DNA of 38,849 nucleotides. Source: Paraphysomonas bandaiensis (Eukaryota > Protista > Chrysophyceae). The notes below the pieces were generated by a model. The model did not search any database. It saw nothing but the letters and a program-made list of their open reading frames with translations, and had not been told where the DNA came from. This document shows, in pieces, positions 1 through 10,610 of the stretch (its first letter is position 1; the number at the start of each line of letters is the position of its first letter). The translations under genes were made by a program, and so were the position numbers. The stretch lies in assembly GCA_965644295.1 (NCBI GenBank), contig CBFFRP010000135.1, positions 1-38,849 of the forward strand. Direction: 5' to 3'.

Positions 1-333
1 GTTAATATTCTAACTACTTCAGTACTTTTGTGCACCCTCAACAGAGTGGTTGACCTCTTACTCACTTACTCAGAAATGGTATTTAAACTGGTATAAGAAG
101 TAAGTGTACTATCATTCCCCTGAAAGCGTATAAGCGTACCGGTTTAATTATAAAGTATTATTCATTATTTATTGATAGACAACACGAACAAGAAAATTAT
201 TACAGTAATTATGAATAATTCTCCTTTTATGCACAACACTAGTTTTCTGCTAGTTACACACTTTCTTGAAACTTTTAAATTAAGGTGAGTGTTCGTTATC
301 TTCACCCTCAGTACATTCATCATCACTTTCAAT

Positions 334-1359
334 TTAATCCGTATTACTTCCATCATCAATCATATAGTCATACACATCACTTCCATTATCACTCACATCT
401 ATATCCTCATCACTTCTTTTATCTGTAACGTTCACCTCGTCGGCTTCACAAATACCATCGCAATTATAATAACACTCCATGCCGCCGGAATGAGCCCACT
501 CTAAAACCCAATTCGGCCATTTCTTGTACAACCAACTCCTATCGCGGATGGTTACCAAATTCAATGCAAGTGATTATTAATATCGGGGTAAGTCTCACGC
601 AAACATTCAATCACCCCTTCCCCACTCTTCAATTTTTTAACGCTATTTAACTGCATATACACCAAAACTGCTGTGTCCCAGTTTAATTTGCAGTGTATGT
701 ACACAACAATGGTACTTGTCGTTTGATGATTTAATCACAATAGACTCTGGCCCAATGCTCGATTCTTTCTCTCCTTCATTATCAGCTAATTCTACTATAT
801 TAGAATATTCACCTTTTTGGAACACCACTACATCAGCACCTTTACAGTCAGGAATTTCTTGCAGCAGGGTGCCAAAAGGTATAGAACTAAACTTAGCAGG
901 AAAATTTATCCTACGAATCTTCAATCGATTCTTTCTTCAAAATCAATTTCAATTTTAAGCCACCATGGCCTTCGCTCTTGGGCAAGCTAATTGGATCGAG
1001 ACCCCAATCCTTCTCTCCCATGCTCCGACGCACAACTTCCTCAGCTCTTATCCCTAAAATAGAGTAGGGGTGACGCAGACACACTCCCCTGTGTGAGGTA
1101 AACCAGCGCAGCCACCCAGGTCTGGCGGGTGGCTCCCTCAGAATTAGACAGGCCATTGGATTAGAGAATTGAAGAGTGTCACGCTCATTAGATTGGTGGT
1201 AGAGAAAAGATCCGTTGTCTGAGCCTTCATAGAATACTCGCGGATCACTATCCAAAAACCCTTCCAGATAATTCACATATCTATTGCCATGAGCCTCCAC
1301 GAATCGGAATACAAGTTAGCCAGATGCACTCCTTCCTCTTCACGAAATCGCGTTCGTAG
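334..1359 (-). pseudogene. 3' part of a decayed gene interrupted by the LTR element; possibly the C-terminal restriction-endonuclease-fold region of a Crinkler-like (NTPase+REase) protein
   Basis: Consecutive minus-strand ORF fragments (1273-1359, 911-1300, 643-924, 334-564) broken by stops and frameshifts. The motif KGADVVVF...HTLQIKLG resembles a D...QxK PD-(D/E)xK core. The reading frame rejoins the 9198+ flank once the element is removed. Confidence 0.4.
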
Positions 1360-2551
1360 TGTAAAGCCGTGGGCTTTTATAACACCCTTTAACACGTTTA
1401 ATGACATCATCATAATAATATTGATAACTATATTAATGCAATAACGATATGATAACATAATATGTAGGGTATATGTAGCTTGTTTTGTATAAGATTGGTG
1501 ACAACAAGAGATACAGATTATTATTACGAGGGCAAGACGACAGACAACTAGGATTTACCCTCGAACACACGTTTTCTTTGATCTACGCGATTGCTACCCG
1601 TCGGTTTACGCCTATATCCATACGGTAGTCGGTGTCATAGCGTTTTGAGTTAGGAAGCATTGATTGGTACCGCATGTGCGATATTCGTAGTCCATTCATC
1701 ATTATGAGAAGCTTTCTGATGGTTTTGAACAGCTCTATGTGCTTGCTCATCGTTCCGGACTATGATATACGATTATTTCTCCATTGCCACTCTCCGTTGA
1801 TTTTCTCCGGAATGGGGAGGAATTCGTAAGGTGCCATTGGACGCAGATGCAGAGGTGTCATGGGCATGTTAGTGATCTGAATATGAGTGTATTTGTATGG
1901 TCCAGTCTAAAGTACACACTCTTGCAAGGAAATGATATTTAACCGTTCGATTGTAAGCTTTTGAACCCGATTGCATTTTGTCGGTATTATGCATGAGTTG
2001 GCGATTGTGTATTTCACGTTGTCATGAAATGTGCTTGCAATTTTTGTGGAATCGAATATTGTCATTTTTGGGTGTTTGTGGCTCGAAAATCGGCGATTTT
2101 CTGCAATTCTCAAAAAATTGGGGATTTTTGGGGTTTTGGGACTCAAAAATCGGAGGTTTTTGGAAAGGACCTATTTAGGCGTATTTCAGGGCGTTTTTGA
2201 CTATAAACGATGTAGGATATGAATCGTATGTAGTGTAGTACATGTATGAGCATATTGTACGGTTGTGGTTGCATTCAATGTCCTGTGTATGAGGAGGAGT
2301 CTTGTGACTAGGGGTCTGTCTTTTGTTTCGCTTGTAACTTAGTTTTAATAATAATTCTCTATGAAATTAACATAGTTGGTTGACTGATCTGTCTATTGGG
2401 AGCTTTAGATTGCAGGATACAGGGGAGCTTGTGTTTCTGGCTGTTGGTTTCTTAAAGAGTTATTATTATAGCTTTCTGTTTTGTTGTTTCGATAAACAAC
2501 CATTTCATATCTTTTCAGTGATCTTAGGTTGCAAGACCTGAGTTGTTCATA
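1360..2551 (+). repeat. 5' LTR (ends at 2549 if CA, 2551 if TA)
   Basis: Appears identical by eye to 8002-9193; the three spurious ORFs inside translate identically in both copies. Confidence 0.95.
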
Positions 2552-2619
2552 GTAAATTTACTAACGGTAAAACACGTAAGTGAAGATATCATTATTGTAG
2601 ATTACAGATATATATCGAA

Positions 2620-4029
2620 ATGTCTGATTCGGAGGGTCCTGTTGGTTCATCTGAGTTAGATGAAGTTAAGGAAATGTTACGGGGAATTGCTCTCAATTTG
2701 GAGAACGTCACTAAGTTGTGTGTAGCAACTGCCAGTAGGGTAGATAATCTGGAGTCCAGAATGTCTATTAATGAAGAAGTTTTAGTTAATGAGCTGGAGG
2801 AAGCTCAGAAGGAAGTAGATGAGGCCATCCGTGACCAGCGTGAAGAGCAGCAGGGACATACCAGAGAGAGTGGCAGGGCTGCCGACGACAAAGGCAAGAA
2901 GAAAGAGCGAAGGACATCTGTATTCATGAGGGAGGCTGAGTCTTCAGAGGGAATGGAGGTTCCAAAGCATGTCATCATCAATGTTGAAAAGCCATCCCAT
3001 AAGCATATTTTTCTGGATTCGATGGAGCTTAGTGATTTTACAAAGTTTATCATCCAATGGTTTGAATATGAACAGATCAATGGGATTAAGCTTGAGCCAG
3101 CCCAGATAGTTAGCAGGCGTGTTCGGAACCTGCTTATGTTCAACAATAGCTTGACGGATAAAATGTTTGTTAAGTTGAGTGCTCAGAAATTCTGTGAGCT
3201 GATGGCTAAGGAGACCAAGGTGTTGTCTAAAGTGGAGTTCATTGAGACTTTGCGATACGCGCTGAGATATTTTAAGCCACTGGATTGGAAATCAGTGCGG
3301 CCGAATACACATGAGCTGTTTTTTCAAGAGATTTTGAAGCGAAAGAGTATTTTTATGCGTACGTTTACTATCATGATGGAGGCCAATAGTACTAAGTGTC
3401 CGCCGGTTGGAGGAAAAGAGTTTGGATCGGCTCAAGTATTTTTGGAGTTGATCGACGAGTCTTACAACAAACGAGTTCTGGCTGAGATTCCAAGGGTGAC
3501 GGATACTAATTATGGTAATGTTGAAGAGTTTCTGGATACATACGTTTCCAAGGCGAGTGAGCATTATGAGGCGTCCAAGAACATCAGATTGGTGCCTTAT
3601 GAAGGGTCCGATTTCAGTAGGAAGCAAATTCAAAGGAGTTCGAGGAATCGGGACAATGGATACGTTGCAAAGGAGAAACCGAAATCTTTAAACAACGTGC
3701 AGTTTGCGGACCGAGTTGAGGATGATTTCTACAGTGATTTAGATGATAAGGAGGTTGAGGAGATGTTGCTCGGCGAACCAGAGTCTGATAAGGAAGCTAT
3801 AGAACAGGTGATGAACCTGGAGAAGACTGTTAATCCAACCCGTGGTTGCGTTGCGTATGCGTTGTATGGGAACTGCTACAAAGGGAAGGAATGTAAGCAT
3901 GTCCAGGGTCATAATGGAGCAGTTGCAACGGAAACCCGGAAATGGATGATGAAGAAGCTGTCTCAGATGATGGCAGATGATTCCAAAGGGCCGCGAAAGA
4001 TTTTGCCGAGGCCTGGTGGAGTGACTTGA
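2620..4029 (+). CDS. gag: Gag-like protein of the retrotransposon (N-terminal coiled coil, C-terminal Cys/His finger)
   Basis: 469 aa ORF immediately after the 5' LTR and upstream of pol; contains CVAYALYGNCYKGKECKHVQGH. Confidence 0.85.
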   Translation: MSDSEGPVGSSELDEVKEMLRGIALNLENVTKLCVATASRVDNLESRMSINEEVLVNELEEAQKEVDEAIRDQREEQQGHTRESGRAADDKGKKKERRTSVFMREAESSEGMEVPKHVIINVEKPSHKHIFLDSMELSDFTKFIIQWFEYEQINGIKLEPAQIVSRRVRNLLMFNNSLTDKMFVKLSAQKFCELMAKETKVLSKVEFIETLRYALRYFKPLDWKSVRPNTHELFFQEILKRKSIFMRTFTIMMEANSTKCPPVGGKEFGSAQVFLELIDESYNKRVLAEIPRVTDTNYGNVEEFLDTYVSKASEHYEASKNIRLVPYEGSDFSRKQIQRSSRNRDNGYVAKEKPKSLNNVQFADRVEDDFYSDLDDKEVEEMLLGEPESDKEAIEQVMNLEKTVNPTRGCVAYALYGNCYKGKECKHVQGHNGAVATETRKWMMKKLSQMMADDSKGPRKILPRPGGVT

Positions 4030-4032
4030 CAA

Positions 4033-7000
4033 ATGTGCGAGGCTAATGGTTCGCAGGATCACGAAGAAATATTGTACGGTTTGAATGATCCTGAGACTGT
4101 TAGTCGAGTTTTCCTCAGAAATTTGATGAATGTCTGTAATACGCGAGAACGAAAAGACTTGACATTGGCTCATTCTGGGGGAAGCATTGTATGTGATGAT
4201 AACTATATAATATCTGTGCGTGGAATATTGTTCGACACTGGAGCCCTAACATCTAACTTCATTTCCAAGGATTTGTTTGAGACGTTTAGAAATCATGTGT
4301 GTGAAAACAAAGTCATAAAAAAAGAAACAGTTATAGGATTTGCCGATAAAACGTCGAGAATGAAGTGTAGTTTTGTAGTGAAATTAAAATTGAGGTTTGA
4401 GAGAGAAGACTCCAAGGGAGAGTTCGTGTTATATGACGGGGATTTCATTGTTGCTGATATGGGTAGCAACGATATTATTATTGGACTTCCGGCTATCGTT
4501 AAGGATCTATGGGATTATTTTCTATTTATGCTTAAAGGAAGGACTATTGAACGAATTGAATCAGAAGTAAGTTTTATTAAAAGGCGTGAGGACGATGTTA
4601 CCGAGGATGATTTGTTGTTGAATGCGGTTGAAGAATTATTGCAGCCGTGGTGTGACAGTAGTAGGGAGGTAGCACCTGAAGAATTGGATGTTCCGGACCC
4701 TTCGCAGTTCGGATTTGCCTCAAGTTTTCTTGGAAAGACTAGAGAGGAAGCTTTGAGCGAGTTCGAGGATATGTTTGGTGAGCACGTGTCTCCAGAGTTC
4801 TCAGCAGCGCGACCGGTGCTGGAGTTATTGAGGACTAAGGGAGTAGAGGTATTTGTTCCAGAGCGGTGGGAAGGTATAAAAGGAGTGGATCCGTTGAACA
4901 TCAAGTTCGCTGAGAATTTGCCTCCTAGGATCAAGCCGAAGGCAAGACCCGTAAATCCTAGATTATATGAGGATGCGGAGAAGGAGTTTAGGAGACTGTG
5001 TGGTTACATCTATGTTCCTAGTAGGTCGCCATGGGCTTCTTGTTTGGTGATCGCGCCAAAAGCCACGAAACCTTTTATTAGGATTTGTGGGGATTACGTG
5101 CAAATCAACAAGTACATTCCAAGTCCACACTATACAGTTCCTAATGTAAGACATGAGTTGGATCGTATTATTGGCTATAAGATATTTATGGACATTGACC
5201 TCACGAATGCGTTCCATCAGATCAGGTTGCATGAGAACACATCTGAAAAATTGTCAGTTCAAACACCGTGGGGCCAATTTCAGCCTTTATTCCTTCCGGA
5301 GGGAGTGTCTCCAGGGATTAGTGTGTTGCAAGAAGCGGTAGTCAAATTGTTTGGAGATCTGGAATGGGCGCTGTGTATATTTGATAATGTTCTGTTATTG
5401 GCACATGATTTTGATGATGCGTATAAGAAGCTGGAGATTTTCCTGGATAGATGCATTGAACATGGAGTTGTGTTGAAATTTGCAAAGACCTGGTTAGGAT
5501 TTAGGGAGATCAAGTTTTTTGGCTATTTGGTAAGGCACAATAGTTTCGAGCTCACGGACGATAGGAAAGAGGCTTTATTGAATATTCCTTTTCCAGAGAA
5601 TGGAAATAGATGTAAGAAGATTAGATCTTTGTTGGGTATGGGAGTATTCTTTGCTCCATTTGTTCAGAATTACTCAGATTTGGTCAAACATCTTACGGAT
5701 ATGACTAAGAGTAGTTTTAATTGGGAAGAAACGACATGGCAGCACGATTATAGGCAGGAGTTTGAAAACTATAAGAGTGGTTTGCAACAGTCTTGTGCTT
5801 TGTTTTATCCGAATTATGATCTTGAGTGGACACTTAGGACAGATGCCAGTGACTATGGAGTGGCAGGCATTCTTTTCCAGACTGTTGAGGGAACTGGGTC
5901 TAGTCCGATTCAACAGCAAACTATTGCTATCTGTTCCAAGAAATTGTCAGAGCAAGCCTTGAAGTGGTGTACTATTGAGAAGGAGGGTTTTGGTATATTC
6001 TATTCAGTCAAGAAATTTTCGTTTTATCTGAGAGGAAAGAAATTTACAATCGAGACGGACCACAACAACCTTGTGTGGATGGAGGCATCAGAAGTTGCGA
6101 AGATAATTCGATGGAGAATTTATTTGCAGGATTTTGACTTTTTGATTCGTCATATCCCAGGGAAGAACAATGTGGTTGCGGATTGCTTGTCAAGATTGCT
6201 GTATTTGTCCGGATTTGTGGACGAAAGTGACGATTTCGACTCAGATGAAGTGAACTTCGTGACACTGCATAACATCTTTGAAAAAGACGATTTTGAGGAC
6301 GACGTTCAAGAGATCGCGCCGCCTACGGAGGTACAGAGGATAGATTATTATCAGGCTATCAAAGAGGTTCACAACGCGCAAGCAGGACACTGGGGTGCGA
6401 AAGAGACGTGGAAACGTCTGTGTAGACAATTTCCGGGACACGGCGTGCCTTTCAAGGTGGTTGCAGACTTCGTGGACGAATGTATCAACTGTCAGAAGAA
6501 TAGGCGAGAGCTGAAGCAGCGATTGATTCCTATCACTAGACATTTAAAACCGCCTCATTCCAGGAGTGCTTTGGGAATTGACGCGGTTGCTATTACACCT
6601 GTTTCTAAATCTGGTTACACGCATATTGTGGTCATGGTTAATTTGTTTACGAAATTGGTGTACCTATATGCGGTGAAAGGAATGACAGCTATCAATTTAG
6701 CTACAGCAGTGTGGAAGTGCTGGTGTACATACGGGCTCACGGATATGATTATATCAGATATGGGTCCTGATCTCAAATCAGAACTTTTCGCAGAACTGGT
6801 TAAGTTGTCAGGACTCCGTCATGTTTTTAGTATCGCCAACAGGCATGTCAATGGGTGTGAGCGTATTATTAAGGAAGTGGTTCGTCACATCCGTGCTATT
6901 TGTTTTGACAAGCGAATTGAGGCGGATGCTGTTTTGGAGGACGAACTGTTACTTGCCACTATCATGTTCATTCTGAATACCCACGAGAGTAGTGAGACGG

Positions 7001-7971
7001 GGTATTCTGCATTCGAACTGACGTTTGGGTCCCAGGATTCTATCTATAAGAATCTTTTGGCTGCCCAGGGGAGAGACAATGATCCGTCTCATCAGCTGTT
7101 GAAAAGGCTGAACGATTACTTAGCTCTAGTTCGCCAGATATCAGCAGATTACCAGAAGTCTCTAGGCGAGAAACGAGCGGAAGCGGGTTTGGATCCTGCC
7201 AAACAAAACCAGTATTGTCCAGGCGATTTTGTTATGTTCGACGCTGGTGCTAAACCACATCCGAAATTATCCTCGAGGATGAAGGGTCCTTTCGAAGTGG
7301 TACGGCAATATAAGAATGATGTTCAAATTCGAAATCTTCTTACCGGGGGGATTCGGGAATACTCTGTCTCTGATCTTGAGCCATTTTTCGGAGATAAGGA
7401 ATCGGCTATTGAAGCGGCGATGCGAGATCATGAGCAATTTAAGGTGGAGGAGATTCTTTCATATACGGGAGATTCACGAACTAAATCTACGATGGTCTTC
7501 AAGGTGAAGTATGCGGACGGCGATATCTTGGACATTCCATGGACACCGGATATTCAGTGTGAGGCATATTACGATTTTTGTGAGTCTAGGCCTTACTTGC
7601 GACACCTCGCGTACGACTCGTTTACTGCGAAGCGTTTTATCTCTTCAATGAGGAAAGAGAATATCACAACAGTGTCGGTTGGAGATACTGTTTATGTTGA
7701 TCTCAGGTTCTACGGTGACCTGTGGTACGAGAGTCTTGGTTTACCGGATTATGCCACGGCCGCGTATGTCATGGAATTCACGTACACCCATTGGTATCAC
7801 AAGAATTCCAAACGCAAGATTAGCGCCCGTTTTAATCTCAACGGTTCCAACTATGCCTTCGACAACTATTTGGTCTATTGTTGGGGGTCCCAGAAGGATT
7901 TTGACCCTGCTCGCATGATTTTGGTTGATGCGTCGCTCGCTGCGGCTTATCCCAAAATTATTCAGGAGTAG
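4033..7971 (+). CDS. pol: Pol polyprotein: aspartic protease, reverse transcriptase, RNase H, integrase, chromodomain-like domain and C-terminal extension
   Basis: Protease LFDTGA. RT SPWAS, RICGDY, DIDLTNAFHQI and IFDN. RNase H TDASDYG, EKEG, ETDH and NVVADCLSR. Integrase H-H-C-C, GIDA, ISDMG and NGCER, then GPF. Chromo-like FKVEEIL...FKVKY...W. Confidence 0.96.
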   Translation: MCEANGSQDHEEILYGLNDPETVSRVFLRNLMNVCNTRERKDLTLAHSGGSIVCDDNYIISVRGILFDTGALTSNFISKDLFETFRNHVCENKVIKKETVIGFADKTSRMKCSFVVKLKLRFEREDSKGEFVLYDGDFIVADMGSNDIIIGLPAIVKDLWDYFLFMLKGRTIERIESEVSFIKRREDDVTEDDLLLNAVEELLQPWCDSSREVAPEELDVPDPSQFGFASSFLGKTREEALSEFEDMFGEHVSPEFSAARPVLELLRTKGVEVFVPERWEGIKGVDPLNIKFAENLPPRIKPKARPVNPRLYEDAEKEFRRLCGYIYVPSRSPWASCLVIAPKATKPFIRICGDYVQINKYIPSPHYTVPNVRHELDRIIGYKIFMDIDLTNAFHQIRLHENTSEKLSVQTPWGQFQPLFLPEGVSPGISVLQEAVVKLFGDLEWALCIFDNVLLLAHDFDDAYKKLEIFLDRCIEHGVVLKFAKTWLGFREIKFFGYLVRHNSFELTDDRKEALLNIPFPENGNRCKKIRSLLGMGVFFAPFVQNYSDLVKHLTDMTKSSFNWEETTWQHDYRQEFENYKSGLQQSCALFYPNYDLEWTLRTDASDYGVAGILFQTVEGTGSSPIQQQTIAICSKKLSEQALKWCTIEKEGFGIFYSVKKFSFYLRGKKFTIETDHNNLVWMEASEVAKIIRWRIYLQDFDFLIRHIPGKNNVVADCLSRLLYLSGFVDESDDFDSDEVNFVTLHNIFEKDDFEDDVQEIAPPTEVQRIDYYQAIKEVHNAQAGHWGAKETWKRLCRQFPGHGVPFKVVADFVDECINCQKNRRELKQRLIPITRHLKPPHSRSALGIDAVAITPVSKSGYTHIVVMVNLFTKLVYLYAVKGMTAINLATAVWKCWCTYGLTDMIISDMGPDLKSELFAELVKLSGLRHVFSIANRHVNGCERIIKEVVRHIRAICFDKRIEADAVLEDELLLATIMFILNTHESSETGYSAFELTFGSQDSIYKNLLAAQGRDNDPSHQLLKRLNDYLALVRQISADYQKSLGEKRAEAGLDPAKQNQYCPGDFVMFDAGAKPHPKLSSRMKGPFEVVRQYKNDVQIRNLLTGGIREYSVSDLEPFFGDKESAIEAAMRDHEQFKVEEILSYTGDSRTKSTMVFKVKYADGDILDIPWTPDIQCEAYYDFCESRPYLRHLAYDSFTAKRFISSMRKENITTVSVGDTVYVDLRFYGDLWYESLGLPDYATAAYVMEFTYTHWYHKNSKRKISARFNLNGSNYAFDNYLVYCWGSQKDFDPARMILVDASLAAAYPKIIQE

Positions 7972-7982
7972 CTACGGCATCC

Positions 7983-7998
7983 GGGGGGGGAGAAAGGG
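7983..7998 (+). other. Polypurine tract (plus-strand primer)
   Basis: GGGGGGGGAGAAAGGG ending 3 nt before the TG of the 3' LTR. Confidence 0.9.
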
Positions 7999-8001
7999 TA
8001 A

Positions 8002-9193
8002 TGTAAAGCCGTGGGCTTTTATAACACCCTTTAACACGTTTAATGACATCATCATAATAATATTGATAACTATATTAATGCAATAACGATATGATAACAT
8101 AATATGTAGGGTATATGTAGCTTGTTTTGTATAAGATTGGTGACAACAAGAGATACAGATTATTATTACGAGGGCAAGACGACAGACAACTAGGATTTAC
8201 CCTCGAACACACGTTTTCTTTGATCTACGCGATTGCTACCCGTCGGTTTACGCCTATATCCATACGGTAGTCGGTGTCATAGCGTTTTGAGTTAGGAAGC
8301 ATTGATTGGTACCGCATGTGCGATATTCGTAGTCCATTCATCATTATGAGAAGCTTTCTGATGGTTTTGAACAGCTCTATGTGCTTGCTCATCGTTCCGG
8401 ACTATGATATACGATTATTTCTCCATTGCCACTCTCCGTTGATTTTCTCCGGAATGGGGAGGAATTCGTAAGGTGCCATTGGACGCAGATGCAGAGGTGT
8501 CATGGGCATGTTAGTGATCTGAATATGAGTGTATTTGTATGGTCCAGTCTAAAGTACACACTCTTGCAAGGAAATGATATTTAACCGTTCGATTGTAAGC
8601 TTTTGAACCCGATTGCATTTTGTCGGTATTATGCATGAGTTGGCGATTGTGTATTTCACGTTGTCATGAAATGTGCTTGCAATTTTTGTGGAATCGAATA
8701 TTGTCATTTTTGGGTGTTTGTGGCTCGAAAATCGGCGATTTTCTGCAATTCTCAAAAAATTGGGGATTTTTGGGGTTTTGGGACTCAAAAATCGGAGGTT
8801 TTTGGAAAGGACCTATTTAGGCGTATTTCAGGGCGTTTTTGACTATAAACGATGTAGGATATGAATCGTATGTAGTGTAGTACATGTATGAGCATATTGT
8901 ACGGTTGTGGTTGCATTCAATGTCCTGTGTATGAGGAGGAGTCTTGTGACTAGGGGTCTGTCTTTTGTTTCGCTTGTAACTTAGTTTTAATAATAATTCT
9001 CTATGAAATTAACATAGTTGGTTGACTGATCTGTCTATTGGGAGCTTTAGATTGCAGGATACAGGGGAGCTTGTGTTTCTGGCTGTTGGTTTCTTAAAGA
9101 GTTATTATTATAGCTTTCTGTTTTGTTGTTTCGATAAACAACCATTTCATATCTTTTCAGTGATCTTAGGTTGCAAGACCTGAGTTGTTCATA
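8002..9193 (+). repeat. 3' LTR
   Basis: Direct repeat of 1360-2551. Confidence 0.95.
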
Positions 9194-9197
9194 GTAG

Positions 9198-9828
9198 CAG
9201 AGCATTTAAAATAGTTTCATACCTTTTGCAAAGCTTCGTGATTTTGAAGCAAAATCTATTCGAGTACGTTGACATATGTTTATCTTTTCTCCATACAATT
9301 CATTTGTAGGCAGAAAAGTTTCTCGGGTACCCTCTTGTGTACAAATAGAAATTACATAACTGGCGAGACGAGGGAAGCTTTCGAATCAGTTGGTGGTACG
9401 CCTCTATGAGATCACTTTCGAGAGAGAGTGGCTTGATATCGATGACACGGAATCTGTCGCCGTTTAGATTATTGGCTCTTCCAGAGTATGACGAGAAATC
9501 TCCCCTCGAAAAGTTATGCAGAACCATTTCACCGAAACATAAACTGCGGAGATACGGAGCACTGCCAGACAATATAACATTAACTAGATTTCCTGACGAT
9601 GACCAATTCCCAATGGAGGACAGCTGCATAATCCATTCAACGCTTGTCGAGCACCATCTGGTACCATCTTTTCAAAGCTGTCAAATCATATGGACCTTCT
9701 CGATGCAAATGCTTACTGACGTCGCAATACGCAGACAGCGTTGACTTTTCAAGCTTTTGCATGGCAAAATCAAGACCTTGAAGAAAAGAAGTCCTGCCGT
9801 GATTGGAAGAGTCCAGTATCAAGATCAC
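9198..9828 (-). pseudogene. 5' part of the decayed gene interrupted by the LTR element; NTPase-like motifs
   Basis: Fragments 9637-9828 (MILILD, Walker-B-like) and 9300-9629 (VILSGSAPYLRSL). The latter frame continues past one TGA as IVWRKDK...YETILNAL and joins LRTRFREEEG at 1359. Confidence 0.4.
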
Positions 9829-10441
9829 GCAGCTTCAGTTCTATCTGTGTAGAATTATTTACGAAAGAAAACACAATTGAATTCTACACATACCACATAC
9901 AGTACCATGGAGTAGCTGTAGTCCATATCTATCATGTGCAGGCCATAGTCTTAATTATACATACTGCTGTACCTGCTTAGCTTCTTCGTTCTTCAAGGGC
10001 GGTACTCCCTACGATGGTGTTATTTGGCGGATTTTCCTCCTATTTTTGAGAATTTTTACATAATTTTTGTATATACTGGACTATATTATATCCATACAGC
10101 AGGAGTATCTTCGAGGCCTCATGTACAATTACTGTGCAATTACGGTAGTATTACTTAGGCGACATGGACCCCGTTGCATTACACCTCCTAATTCAAGGGC
10201 AATAAAAGGAATGTATTTGGAAGAATCTCCCCACTATCCAGAATCTTATATACGACTTGGCGCAATCGAAACAGATGATGTCCTGATGCATGCATGCAGG
10301 ACAAGCGCGTACACTGCATATATACACTGAAATTTCCAAAGGCAGAAGAATACACTGCTGAAATTCAATTCGCTGCTGCTTCAATAGATTCAACACGTCC
10401 TTGGAAACGATTAGAGAGGAGCTGAGTAAGAGAATCATAAG

Positions 10442-10610
10442 GAAACGGAAAATAATATTTTAAACCCGGTAGAGAATATTGTGACAATTCCTGTTCAGAC
10501 ATAGCAGAATTACAAATCTGCTTTGCGATGGTGGCATAAATGTGACTGTCCGGTCATGAACTAAATCGGTTTCCCTTGACCACCAAAGACTGATCTTTCA
10601 TGCTAAACTT
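10442..10610 (+). pseudogene. Degenerate coding remnant, possibly the N-terminal part of a tyrosine-recombinase (Crypton-like) gene
   Basis: Translation IVTIPVQT*QNYKSALRWWHKCDCPVMN*IGFP*PPKTD with several stops one substitution away from sense codons. YKSALRWW recalls the core-binding helix of such recombinases. Confidence 0.25.

Larger units (their letters stand above)
1360..9193 (+). mobile_element. Full-length Ty3/gypsy (chromovirus-like) LTR retrotransposon, ~7.8 kb
   Basis: Two ~1.19 kb direct repeats offset by 6642 bp, both starting TGTAAAG. Internal gag and pol in PR-RT-RNaseH-IN-chromo order, a polypurine tract before the 3' LTR, and flanking GTAG at 1356-1359 and 9194-9197. Confidence 0.97.

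Noticed and set aside
1907-2222. Three short ORFs duplicated at 8549-8864
   Set aside because: They lie within the LTRs; the identity reflects the LTR duplication, not genes.
2805-6543. Several antisense ORFs of 77-144 aa inside gag/pol
   Set aside because: Shadow frames of the real coding strand, with no motifs.
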